DNA from: Nitrosovibrio sp. Nv4
GTDB taxonomy: Bacteria > Pseudomonadota > Gammaproteobacteria > Burkholderiales > SG8-39
Direction: 5' to 3'
NCBI GenBank assembly: GCA_945906765.1
Contig: CAMDRF010000003.1
Span: 1-63,972 of the forward strand
DNA length: 63,972 nt
Numbering within the stretch: position 1 is the stretch's first letter; each line of letters starts with the position of its first letter. The position numbers and the translations under genes were made by a program. This document shows positions 20,780 to 29,534 of the stretch, in pieces. Below the pieces are notes generated by a model, which ran no database searches, was not told the DNA's origin, and was given only the letters and a program-made list of their open reading frames with translations.

Positions 20780-23700
20780 ATGCATCGCGACTCTATTCCA
20801 GGCAAGAAACGCTACAGCGGGCTGGCCGGCTCCTCCGACGCCCTCGCGCTCTCCCGGCTGGCGGTGGAGTCGCGCCTGCTTGCGGCCGAGCACCGCGCCA
20901 TCGCGGTCCTTACCGCAAGCGCGCTCGACGCCGGCCGCCTGCTCGAAGAGATCGCCTGGTTCGCGCCGCAGCTGCGCACCTGCATGCTGCCCGACTGGGA
21001 GACGCTGCCTTACGACAACTTCTCGCCGCACCATGATTTGGTGTCGGAGCGGCTTGCCACGCTTTATCGCATTCAGCGCGGCGAATTCGACGTCGTCATC
21101 ATGCCGGTGGTGACGGCGCTCACGCGGTTATGTCCGCCTGCGTATCTCGCCGCCTACACATTCTTCCTGCGCCAGGGCGAGCGCCTGGATGCGGAGGCAC
21201 TGCGGCGGCAACTGGCGCTCGCCGGCTACAGCGCGGTCACCCAGGTAATGACGCCCGGAGAATTCTGCTTCCGCGGCGGAATCGTGGATCTGTTTCCGAT
21301 GGGCAGCGCGGTGCCCTACCGGCTCGACCTGGACGACGAGGTGGTCGAGACGATTCGCACCTTCGACGTCGACACCCAGCGCACGCTTTACACGGTAAAG
21401 GACGTGCGGCTGCTGCCGGCGCGCGAATTTCCGCTGGACGAGGCGGGCCGCACCAAATTCAGGGGACGATGGCGCGAACTGTTCGAAGGCGACCCGTCCA
21501 AGCGGCGCCTCTACAAGGACGTCTCCAACGGGATGCCGGCAGCGGGCGTGGAGTACTACCTGCCGCTGTTCTTTGATTCGCTGGCCACCGTGTTCGACTA
21601 CCTGCCGGAAACCACAACGCTGGTCCTGCACCGCGACATCGCCGGCGCGATCGAGGGATTCTGGCGCGACGCGCAATCGCGCTTCACGATGATGGGCGGC
21701 GACCCGGACCGGCCCCTGCTGCCGCCGGCGCAGTTGTTCGTCTCCGCCGAAGAGTTCTTCATCCGCTCGAAGACGTTTCCGAGGATCGACGTGCTGGAGT
21801 TGCCGGAAGAGGATTCGGCGCAGCCTTTCTCGTCGGTGCCGCTGCCTTTGCTCGCCGTAGAACGGCGAGCAAAGGATCCTCTGGCGGCGCTCAAGGCCTT
21901 CATTGCCGGATCTGGCATGCGCATCCTGCTGAGCGCCGAATCGCCGGGGCGGCGAGAGACGATGTCGTCTTATATGGCGGAGTATGGGCTGCATCTTTCG
22001 GTTTTGAATTCATATGAAGAATTCCTGAAACAAAATTCCCCGCTCGCGCTGACCGTCTCGCCGCTTTCCAACGGCTTCATGGTCCCCGCTGAGGGCTGGG
22101 CAATCATCACCGAGTCGGAACTCTATGCCGGCACGGTGCGGCGCAAGGGCCGCGGTCCCAAGTCGCAAACTTCGGTCGAGGGGCTGCTGCGCGACCTCTC
22201 CGAGCTCAAGGTCGGCGATCCCGTGGTGCACGCGCTGCACGGCATCGGGCGCTACGGCGGCCTGATCAACCTCGACCTGGGCGAAGGCATGACGGAGTTC
22301 CTGCTGCTCGCCTACGACGGCGGCGACAAGCTCTACGTGCCCGTGTCGCAGCTCGAGGTGATATCGCGCTACTCGGGCGCACAACCCGAGGAAGCGCCGC
22401 TGCACAAGCTGGGCAGCGGTCAATGGGACAAGGCGAGGACGCGCGCCGCCCGCCAGGTGCGCGATACCGCCGCCGAACTGCTGGACCTGTATGCCATGCG
22501 CGCCGCGCGGCAGGGCCATGCGTTCAAGGTCTCGCAACACGACCTGGACGCATTTGCGGATGGTTTCGGTTTCGAGGAAACCGTCGACCAGGCTGCCGCC
22601 ATCACGGCGGTGGCCGGCGACATGACATCGGGCAAGCCGATGGACCGCCTGATCTGCGGCGACGTCGGTTTCGGCAAGACCGAGGTCGCGCTGCGCGCTG
22701 CATTCGTCGCCGTTGCCGACAAGAAACAGGTCGCGCTGCTCTGCCCCACCACGCTTCTGGTGGAGCAGCATTTCCAGACCTTCACCGACCGCTTCGTCGA
22801 CTGGCCGGTGAAAATCGGCGAACTCTCGCGCTTCAATACGGGAAAGCGCACCACCGAGGTGCTGCAGAAAATAACCTCGGGCGAACTCGATATCGTCATC
22901 GGCACGCACAAGCTGCTGTCCAAGGACGTCAAGTTCGAGCGCCTCGGCCTGGTGATCATCGACGAGGAGCATCGCTTCGGGGTGCACCAGAAAGAGGCCC
23001 TGAAACGGCTGCGCGCCGAGGTGGACGTACTTACGCTTACCGCGACGCCGATCCCGCGCACCCTGGCGCTGTCGCTCGAAGGTCTGCGCGATTTCTCGGT
23101 GATCGCCACCGCGCCGGAACGTCGCCTCGCGATCAAGACCTTCGTCGCCCCGCATTCGGACGGCCTGATCCGCGAGGCAGTGCTGCGCGAGCTGCGGCGC
23201 GGCGGGCAGGTCTATTACCTGCACAATGAAGTCGAAACCATCGAGCACGCGCACGACAAGCTTGCGCGCCTGCTGCCCGAGGCGCGCCTCGCCGTGGCGC
23301 ACGGGCAGATGCGGGAACGGGATCTCGAGCGCGTGATGCGCGAATTCACCCAGCAACGCCATAACGTGCTGCTTTGCTCTACCATCATCGAAACCGGAAT
23401 CGACAACCCGAACGCGAACACCATCGTGATCCACCGCGCCGACCGTTTTGGCCTCGCGCAACTGCACCAGCTGCGCGGCCGCGTCGGCCGCTCGCACCAC
23501 CAGGCGTATGCCTACCTGCTGGTTCCGTCCGAGGAATCACTGGGAGTTCAGGCGAAGAAACGCCTCGAAGCCATCCAGATGATGGAACAACTGGGCTCGG
23601 GCTTCTATCTGGCGATGCATGACCTGGAGATCCGCGGCGCGGGCGAAGTGCTGGGCGAATCGCAATCCGGCCAAATCCAGGAAATCGGCTTCGATCTGTA

Positions 23701-24208
23701 CACGCGCATGCTCGAGCGCGCCGTCAGGTCTCTCAGGAATGGCAAGGCGATCGATCTCGACCAGCCGCTGGAAGCGGCGACAGAGATCAAGCTCCATGTG
23801 CCGGCGCTGCTACCGGAACTTTACTGCAACGACGTGCATGAGCGCCTCACCCTCTACAAGCGGCTTGCCAACTGCGCCACCGAGGAAGAACTCGACGGCA
23901 TGCGCGAGGAGCTCATCGATCGCTTCGGCCTGTTGCCGGAACCGGCGAAGGTGCTGCTCGACTGCCACATGCTGCGCCTGCTCGCCGCGCCGCTCGGCGT
24001 CGCGCGCGTCGACGCCACGCATGAAACGCTGCAGCTCCAGTTCCAGAAGGATCCGCCGATCGACCGCGGCAAGATCATCGTGCTGGTGCAGAAACGCAAC
24101 AACCTTCGCCTGGCAGGGCCCGATCGCCTGCGCCTGGAGGCGAAGATGGCTGAATGGCCGCTGCGGGTGCAGGCGGCGAAGGATCTGCTCGGGGCGCTCG
24201 CCGCATGA
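20780..24208 (+). CDS. mfd: Transcription-repair coupling factor
   Basis: PDWETLPYD, GDVGFGKTEVA, DEEHRFG, QLRGRVGR, TRG motif. Confidence 0.98.
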   Translation: MHRDSIPGKKRYSGLAGSSDALALSRLAVESRLLAAEHRAIAVLTASALDAGRLLEEIAWFAPQLRTCMLPDWETLPYDNFSPHHDLVSERLATLYRIQRGEFDVVIMPVVTALTRLCPPAYLAAYTFFLRQGERLDAEALRRQLALAGYSAVTQVMTPGEFCFRGGIVDLFPMGSAVPYRLDLDDEVVETIRTFDVDTQRTLYTVKDVRLLPAREFPLDEAGRTKFRGRWRELFEGDPSKRRLYKDVSNGMPAAGVEYYLPLFFDSLATVFDYLPETTTLVLHRDIAGAIEGFWRDAQSRFTMMGGDPDRPLLPPAQLFVSAEEFFIRSKTFPRIDVLELPEEDSAQPFSSVPLPLLAVERRAKDPLAALKAFIAGSGMRILLSAESPGRRETMSSYMAEYGLHLSVLNSYEEFLKQNSPLALTVSPLSNGFMVPAEGWAIITESELYAGTVRRKGRGPKSQTSVEGLLRDLSELKVGDPVVHALHGIGRYGGLINLDLGEGMTEFLLLAYDGGDKLYVPVSQLEVISRYSGAQPEEAPLHKLGSGQWDKARTRAARQVRDTAAELLDLYAMRAARQGHAFKVSQHDLDAFADGFGFEETVDQAAAITAVAGDMTSGKPMDRLICGDVGFGKTEVALRAAFVAVADKKQVALLCPTTLLVEQHFQTFTDRFVDWPVKIGELSRFNTGKRTTEVLQKITSGELDIVIGTHKLLSKDVKFERLGLVIIDEEHRFGVHQKEALKRLRAEVDVLTLTATPIPRTLALSLEGLRDFSVIATAPERRLAIKTFVAPHSDGLIREAVLRELRRGGQVYYLHNEVETIEHAHDKLARLLPEARLAVAHGQMRERDLERVMREFTQQRHNVLLCSTIIETGIDNPNANTIVIHRADRFGLAQLHQLRGRVGRSHHQAYAYLLVPSEESLGVQAKKRLEAIQMMEQLGSGFYLAMHDLEIRGAGEVLGESQSGQIQEIGFDLYTRMLERAVRSLRNGKAIDLDQPLEAATEIKLHVPALLPELYCNDVHERLTLYKRLANCATEEELDGMREELIDRFGLLPEPAKVLLDCHMLRLLAAPLGVARVDATHETLQLQFQKDPPIDRGKIIVLVQKRNNLRLAGPDRLRLEAKMAEWPLRVQAAKDLLGALAA

Positions 24209-24771
24209 GAACCCATTTCTTTCTACTGCTCCTTTTTCTATGCGGGTTTACTTATGCTCAACAGGAAAAGGAGAAGGAAAACTTCGACCGGTTAATGCCG
24301 GCGATGGGCGCGCTCGAGCGTGGCGACTACAGGCAAGCCATCGACTCCCTGAGACCCCTCGCCGCGGACGGCACCATCGAGGCACAGTACGCCCTTGGCA
24401 CCGTCCTCGAAACCGCGCCGCCGCCGCTGCGCGGCCTTGAGGCCGCCTACGGCTGGTACCTGCGGGCAGCGGAGTCCGGCCACGCCGCGGCACAGAACAA
24501 CCTGGGCGCGATGCACTACGACGGCCGCGGCGCACTGCGCAATTTCATCGAGGCGGCGCGCTGGTACCGGCTCGCCGCCGAACACGGCCACAGCCTGGCG
24601 ATGCTTGAACTCGCCCAGGCCCTTGAGATCGGACTGGACGTCGTGGCCGATCCTGCTGCCGCGAAAATGTGGCGAGAGCGTGCCAAAACCGTTGCGCAGC
24701 AGGCGAGCCGCAAGGGTTCCGATCAACCGCGCGGCGACCAGCGTGTCGATCCTCGTCGTTCAAGGCCCTGA
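24205..24771 (+). CDS. Exported Sel1-repeat protein
   Basis: Signal peptide; AQYALG, AAESGHAAAQNNLGAMH, AARWYRLAAEHG. Confidence 0.85.
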   Translation: MRTHFFLLLLFLCGFTYAQQEKEKENFDRLMPAMGALERGDYRQAIDSLRPLAADGTIEAQYALGTVLETAPPPLRGLEAAYGWYLRAAESGHAAAQNNLGAMHYDGRGALRNFIEAARWYRLAAEHGHSLAMLELAQALEIGLDVVADPAAAKMWRERAKTVAQQASRKGSDQPRGDQRVDPRRSRP

Positions 24772-25600
24772 GGCCACCGAGTCCAGGGCGGCGGAGCTTG
24801 CCGAACTGAGTGATGCGACTGCACTTGAGGCCGTCGGCCACGCGTCTGACGATGCCGCGCCAAACCGCGCCTGGCGCCTGCGCGGCGCCACGCGGCGTGC
24901 ACCGGTCGCGGCCTGGTGCGAAGCCAACCGGCTGGATCACGCCTGGGTGCCCGAAGGCCGGCGCTTCAACGAACTGAAGCTCCTTGCCATCGACATGGAC
25001 GCCACGCTCATCACCATCGAATGCATCGAAGAGATCGGCGGCTTCATCAACAAGAAAGATGAAATTGCCGCGATCACCGCGCAAGCGATGCGCGGCGAGA
25101 TCGACTACCCGGCAAGCCTGCGCCAGCGCGTGGCGCTGCTCGCGGGGCTGGATGAGGACGTGCTGCAGGACGTATACGACGAGAAACTCCGTCTGTCGCC
25201 CGGCGCGGAAAAACTGGTCGCGCACTGCAAACGGCATGGCATCAAGCTCCTGCTTGTTTCCGGCGGATTCACGTTCTTCACTGAGCGACTGAAACAGCGC
25301 CTCGGCCTGGATGAGGCAATCGCCAACGTCCTCGAGATCGACAACGGCAAACTCAGCGGCCGCGTGCTCGGCACCATCGTCGACGCCGAAGCCAAAGCCG
25401 CGAAGTTCAGGCACATGGCGCAGCGCCTCGGTGCCACACGCGCACAGACTGTGGCCATCGGCGACGGCGCCAATGATCTGAAAATGATGGCCGAGGCCGG
25501 CACCTCCGTCGCCTACCGCGCCAAACCCGTCGTCCGCGCCAAAGCCACCTACGCCCTGAACCACGCCGGCCTCGACGGCGTCCTAAATCTTTTCGAGTAG
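24743..25600 (+). CDS. serB: Phosphoserine phosphatase
   Basis: HAD motifs DMDATL, VSGGF, GDGANDL; GTG start. Confidence 0.94.
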   Translation: MSILVVQGPEATESRAAELAELSDATALEAVGHASDDAAPNRAWRLRGATRRAPVAAWCEANRLDHAWVPEGRRFNELKLLAIDMDATLITIECIEEIGGFINKKDEIAAITAQAMRGEIDYPASLRQRVALLAGLDEDVLQDVYDEKLRLSPGAEKLVAHCKRHGIKLLLVSGGFTFFTERLKQRLGLDEAIANVLEIDNGKLSGRVLGTIVDAEAKAAKFRHMAQRLGATRAQTVAIGDGANDLKMMAEAGTSVAYRAKPVVRAKATYALNHAGLDGVLNLFE

Positions 25601-25603
25601 TGC

Positions 25604-26518
25604 TTAAGCAGCGTAGTAGCCGGCCCGGGGCTGCTCGAGACGGTCCAACGGGCTCTTCACACCACGCCCGCCCTTGTTGAGCACGTGCGTGTAAATCATG
25701 GTGGTCGAAACGTCCGCGTGCCCGAGCAGCTCCTGCACCGTGCGGATGTCGTAGCCCGCAAGCAGAAGATGCGTGGCGAACGAGTGGCGCAGCGTGTGGC
25801 AGTGGACCGGCTTATCGATGCCGGCATGGCGTGCGGCCTCCTTGATCGCGCGCTGCGGGACCGATTCGTCGAGATGATGCCGGCGGATCACGCCATCGTC
25901 GGGATCGACCGACCGGTTCTTGGAAGGAAACACGTACTGCCAGGCCCACTCGCGCCCGGCGTTCGGGTACTTGCGCGCCAGCGCGTGGGGCAGATGGACT
26001 TCGCCGAAGCCGTCGCGCACCAGGATCTGGCAGTAACCGAAATCCACATCCTTGACGCGCAAACGCAGACATTCGAGCAAGCGCATGCCTGTGCCATAGA
26101 GCAGGCCGGCTGCCAGACCACGGACGCCGCGCAGCGACGCGAGCAATCGCTCCACCTCCACCTGCGTCATCACCACCGGCATGCGCGCCGGACGTTTGGC
26201 GCGCACCAGGCCGTCGAGCCAGGCGAGATCCTTCCCGAGCACCTGCTTGTAGAGAAACAGCAGCGCCGAAAGCGCCTGATTCTGCGTCGATGCGGCGACG
26301 CTCCGATCGACCGCAAGATGATTCAGGAATGCGGTGATATCAGGCTCGCCCAGCGTGGCAGGGTGCCGCTTGTCGTGAAAGTAAATGTGGCGGCGGATCC
26401 ACTGAACGTAGCTCTCCTCGGTGCGCCGGCTGTAATGCAGCCGCCGGATCGCGTCGCTGACTTGATCGAGCAGCCGCCGTTTGGTCTGCAATGAAGAGTT
26501 TCCTGATTCCGTGGACAT
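25604..26518 (-). CDS. intI: Integron integrase with an in-frame internal deletion (probably inactive)
   Basis: [25 protein letters not shown], integron-specific [34 protein letters not shown]; GKGxKDR segment absent. Confidence 0.95.
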   Translation of the reverse strand: MSTESGNSSLQTKRRLLDQVSDAIRRLHYSRRTEESYVQWIRRHIYFHDKRHPATLGEPDITAFLNHLAVDRSVAASTQNQALSALLFLYKQVLGKDLAWLDGLVRAKRPARMPVVMTQVEVERLLASLRGVRGLAAGLLYGTGMRLLECLRLRVKDVDFGYCQILVRDGFGEVHLPHALARKYPNAGREWAWQYVFPSKNRSVDPDDGVIRRHHLDESVPQRAIKEAARHAGIDKPVHCHTLRHSFATHLLLAGYDIRTVQELLGHADVSTTMIYTHVLNKGGRGVKSPLDRLEQPRAGYYAA

Positions 26519-26577
26519 TTCCGTTCCCCAACACCGCCTATCGGGCAATACGGCTGCCTGCTTCGCGGCGTATCGCG

Positions 26578-26597
26578 TACTGTTTATATATACAGTA
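26578..26597. promoter_or_regulatory. LexA (SOS) box overlapping the putative intI -10
   Basis: TA-CTGT-TTATATAT-ACAG-TA, a perfect CTGT-N8-ACAG; minus-strand TATACT overlaps it. Confidence 0.9.
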
Positions 26598-26644
26598 TAC
26601 CCTAAACAGTTGAATTGCAACAGAGTGGTGACACCCCAGAGGCG

Positions 26645-26691
26645 GATGATGTTAAATACGCGATGTTTAAGAAGTCGACTTCACGTTGGGT
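26645..26691 (+). other. attI site, crossover G/TTGGGT at 26685/26686
   Basis: GTTGGGTC is the exact complement of GACCCAAC at the start of attC1; upstream GATGTT direct repeats at 26648 and 26662. Confidence 0.75.
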
Positions 26692-26733
26692 CTGTTGGCC
26701 GCACCGAAACGACGGCTTGGATCTGGGCGGACT

Positions 26734-27594
26734 ATGAAGGCGAACTTGAACAACATTCTGGTGAAAAGCACGGGATCAGCTGTGCAGGATGCTCGCAAAG
26801 CGGTTCGCAGATGCGCGAGCCGCACACTCATCCGTCGAATCCTCGTTCTTGCCTCGGTAGGCACGGTCATGTCTGTCATGCTCATTTCTCGGGCGCAAGC
26901 CGAGCCGCAGCAGCTAAGCTTTCCGGTGAAGATCGCAGAGCGCGCCGGTGAACGCCGGGCGCTGGTATGCGCGCCAAAGGGGCCGCCGCCCTTCGCCGCG
27001 GTGGTGTTCAATCACGGCAGCATCGTAGACATGATGGGTTGGCCGGGCGCCACGCAACGGGGATACCGCTTGGACCGCGTATGCGAGGCTCTCGCCGCAG
27101 AAGGCTACTTCGTATTTGCGCCGATCCGCGAGAACTCGGCGCGTGGGCGCGGCTTCCAAGACTACGAGGATGCTTACCGCGAGATCGTGCTGCAAGCGAT
27201 CGATCACGTCAAGGCGCTGGCTGGGGTGGACAGCTCCCGTATCGCGCTGGCCGGATTCTCGATGGGCGGGCTGGTGTCCTTTAAAGTGGCGCTGGAACGA
27301 AACGACCTGCGCGCGGTGGCGCTACTCGCTCCGGCATTCGGGCGAGGCCTGCTTGGCGAGGCGGCGACGAGTGCCGACAGGATAAGCGCGCCGGTGCTTG
27401 TCATGGTCGAGCAAAGCGATGGCGCGCCGATTCTGCGCGGCGTTGGCATCCTCGAGCAGGCGCTGGGCTCGCGCGGAAAACCGCTTCGGCTGGTTCGTTA
27501 TGACCGTGGCGGTGGCCACGAACTGTTCTACGACGTCGGGCACTGGTGGGAAGACCTTAAAGCATTCCTGCGCGAGCATCTCGTGGCGCGCTGA
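26734..27594 (+). CDS. Cassette 1: exported alpha/beta hydrolase (dienelactone hydrolase-like)
   Basis: VFNHG, GFSMGG nucleophile elbow, GGGH; AQA cleavage site; start codon uncertain. Confidence 0.85.
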   Translation: MKANLNNILVKSTGSAVQDARKAVRRCASRTLIRRILVLASVGTVMSVMLISRAQAEPQQLSFPVKIAERAGERRALVCAPKGPPPFAAVVFNHGSIVDMMGWPGATQRGYRLDRVCEALAAEGYFVFAPIRENSARGRGFQDYEDAYREIVLQAIDHVKALAGVDSSRIALAGFSMGGLVSFKVALERNDLRAVALLAPAFGRGLLGEAATSADRISAPVLVMVEQSDGAPILRGVGILEQALGSRGKPLRLVRYDRGGGHELFYDVGHWWEDLKAFLREHLVAR

Positions 27595-27679
27595 CTGGCA
27601 AATCGCAGGCACCTGGCGTGCATCGCTGTGATGATTAGGCTGGTGCAATCGACATAGGGGGCAGCATGGATTACAAGCG

Positions 27680-27747
27680 ACCCAACTTTGCGCTCAACGC
27701 GGACGCGCGCGGGCGAGCCGCGCGCGCCGGTTAGCGCGTCGTTAGCG
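27680..27747 (+). repeat. attC1
   Basis: R'' ACCCAAC, L'' CGCT(C)AAC pairing with L' GTTAGCG, GC-rich inner stem, R' GTTAGCG at 27741. Confidence 0.92.
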
Positions 27748-27806
27748 CGCGCCGGGACGGGCCTCGTGTATCCTATGGAGAAGTTGCTTCGGAAGGCGTT
27801 CACTCC

Positions 27807-28034
27807 ATGTCCGAGCTTGACGTTGCAAAGGAGCAAATTGCCTATCTCAAAGTCTGGCTGGGAATCCTCGTGGTAACGGATATCAGCGCCTTCGGGTGGC
27901 TCATTTCCAATCTGGGCACTGCCACGGAAATTCTTCTCTGGGCGGCTGTCATAGCCGTTGTAGCCTTAACCGCTGGGGTCCTCCTGCTCCATCGGCGGAT
28001 CGAACGCCACATTGAGTCGTTGAGGGGGTTGTAG
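27807..28034 (+). CDS. Cassette 2 ORF A: 75-aa protein with two predicted TM helices
   Basis: MSELDVAKEQIAYLKVWLGILVVTDISAFGWLISN..; two hydrophobic stretches. Confidence 0.8.
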   Translation: MSELDVAKEQIAYLKVWLGILVVTDISAFGWLISNLGTATEILLWAAVIAVVALTAGVLLLHRRIERHIESLRGL

Positions 28035-28036
28035 CC

Positions 28037-28132
28037 ATGGACATCTTAGTCGCAGCGTTGCTGGTTATCGTCTCACTGGTCTTCGTGGGCATAGCCGTTG
28101 ACGCGACTCGCCATCCCAAAGGGCGCGGCTAA
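28037..28132 (+). CDS. Cassette 2 ORF B: 31-aa single-TM peptide
   Basis: MDILVAALLVIVSLVFVGIAVDATRHPKGRG; GAGGGG SD; stop codon lies inside R'' of attC2. Confidence 0.7.
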   Translation: MDILVAALLVIVSLVFVGIAVDATRHPKGRG

Positions 28133-28207
28133 CCGCGCGATCGACAGCGACACCTGGCAAGCGCTGCTTCGCGCGCTCGCACGTGCGCGTCATCGCGGAC
28201 GTTAGAC
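28127..28207 (+). repeat. attC2
   Basis: R'' GGCTAAC, L'' GCGAT(C)GAC / L' GTCATCGC, R' GTTAGAC. Confidence 0.9.
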
Positions 28208-28239
28208 GGCGACGAGCTGACGCTGGTAGACTTCACACC

Positions 28240-28446
28240 ATGTTCCGAACTATCGAAGCCGAAGTCGACGAGAAAGGGCAGATCCGGCCGAAAGAGCCGT
28301 TTACGCTGCCGCCGGGGTCGCGCGTGCTCATCACTGTTCTGGAATCTGATGGGTCTGAGCCCGCACTCTTGAGCGAAGCCGCTTTGGCTGCCGATTGGGA
28401 ACGCCCCGAGGAAGAGGCGGCGTGGTCGCACTTGCCCCGGGTTTAG
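28240..28446 (+). CDS. Cassette 3: putative antitoxin
   Basis: Beta-hairpin-type N-terminus (TIEAEVDEKGQIRP) and acidic tail LSEAALAADWERPEEEAAW; overlaps a MazF-like gene; TG-G-TAGACT 7 nt upstream. Confidence 0.75.
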   Translation: MFRTIEAEVDEKGQIRPKEPFTLPPGSRVLITVLESDGSEPALLSEAALAADWERPEEEAAWSHLPRV

Positions 28447-28763
28447 TCGTTCTCGTTCGTTTCCCATTCTCTGATCTTTCTTCTTCCAAGCTGCGTCCTG
28501 CCGTCGTATTGGCGCATGCCGGTGGTGTGGATTGGGTACTCTGTTAGGTCACCAGCAATCCCTACGGAGATCCGGCCGCGATTGCGTTGACAGGCAGTTC
28601 CTTTGCGTCTGGCGGGCTGAACCGCGATAGCTTCGCGCGGCCGGGAAAACTCTTTACCGCGAGCGCCTCAATTGTCATGCGCGAAGCGGGAGCGCTGCTT
28701 CCAGTAGCTCACCGCTCCATCGTACAAAGCGTAATAGATCTGCTTCAATCGGGGCTCCAATGA
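28422..28763 (+). pseudogene. Cassette 3: PemK/MazF toxin with an internal TAG at 28545-28547
   Basis: Manual translation GLVVLVRFPFSDLSSSKLRPAVVL..WVLC*VTSNPY..SFARPGKLFTA. Confidence 0.85.
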
Positions 28764-28770
28764 AGTCACC

Positions 28771-28857
28771 GTCTAACTTTAGGTGGAACGGACGGGCCGC
28801 CAGCGCCGTGGCAAGATCAATAATCATCGCGACCCGCCGTTCGCCAAGACGTTATGC
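28771..28857 (+). repeat. attC3
   Basis: R'' (CC)GTCTAAC is a 9/9 complement of cassette start GTTAGACGG; stem GAACGG(A)CGGG / CCCGCCGTTC; R' GTTATGC. Confidence 0.9.
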
Positions 28858-28902
28858 CTCAACGCGGGCGGTGAGCTAGAATCAACGGATAGAAAGACCG
28901 AC

Positions 28903-29127
28903 ATGCCAAACACTGCGCCAGTCGTTCACAGCGCCCCGGATATTCTGGGCGGCACGCCCGTGTTTGTCGGGACGCGCGTTCCGTTCCGCAATCTGATCGA
29001 CTACCTCGAACGAAACCACACTCTCGACGAGTTTCTCGACTCGTTTCCGAGTGTCTCCCGAGCGCAAGCGGTCGCGTCGTTGGAAGCGGCTCACGAGGCC
29101 GTGAGTGCTCTTGCGCATTCTGATTGA
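28903..29127 (+). CDS. Cassette 4: DUF433 antitoxin
   Basis: PDILGGTPVFVGTRVP..LDEFLDSFPSV. Confidence 0.9.
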   Translation: MPNTAPVVHSAPDILGGTPVFVGTRVPFRNLIDYLERNHTLDEFLDSFPSVSRAQAVASLEAAHEAVSALAHSD

Positions 29128-29475
29128 TGAGCAGCTTCCTCGGCAGCTAGCGCCGTACTTGTCAAGAACGGCGAATTGCTCACTAAAGCCGCGGACGCTG
29201 GATTCACGGTGTTTTTGACTGGCGACCAGAATCTCGAGTTTCAGCAGAACATCTCGAAGAGTCGTCTTGGCGTGGTCGTACTCTGCGCTGCAAGCAATGC
29301 GCTCGAAGGCCTACCTTTCGACAGTAATTCTTTGAAGGTAGGTGTCTCACGTCACATTGGCACAAACGCCTTCCTGCCTCTGCCAATCTTTCGGCGCCTA
29401 GTGGATCGAGCTACAAAAAATAGGTGGTTCAACCTCGCAAGTCGAGCACGCTTGCAATCTGAAGCGCGGAAATGA
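29111..29475 (+). pseudogene. Cassette 4: DUF5615/PIN-like toxin, deleted and frameshifted, with an unrelated tail
   Basis: MRILIDEQLPRQLAPYL, then a frame change to KNGELL..FLTGDQNLEFQQN..GVVVL; resemblance ends near 29315. Confidence 0.8.
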
Positions 29476-29476
29476 G

Positions 29477-29525
29477 GCCGAACCCGTCGTTCCAGCGGAC
29501 CGCCTTCGGGAGCCGGCCGAACGCG
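29477..29525 (+). repeat. Degenerate attC4
   Basis: GCCGAAC-CCGTCG-TTCCAGCGGACCGCCTTCGG is a typical attC left arm; right arm damaged and no GTT R' box. Confidence 0.65.
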
Positions 29526-29534
29526 CCTGAGCGT

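Noticed and set aside
26651-26657. GTTAAAT as the attI crossover
   Set aside because: It fits GTTRRRY, but only GTTGGGT at 26685 complements the R'' of attC1.
27669-27677. GATTACAAG (DYK) resembling the start of a FLAG tag
   Set aside because: Not followed by DDDDK codons; coincidence.
27680-29525. Spaced palindromes as a CRISPR array or REP/MITE family
   Set aside because: Sequences differ from each other, are gene-spaced and have attC R/L box structure; no cas genes.
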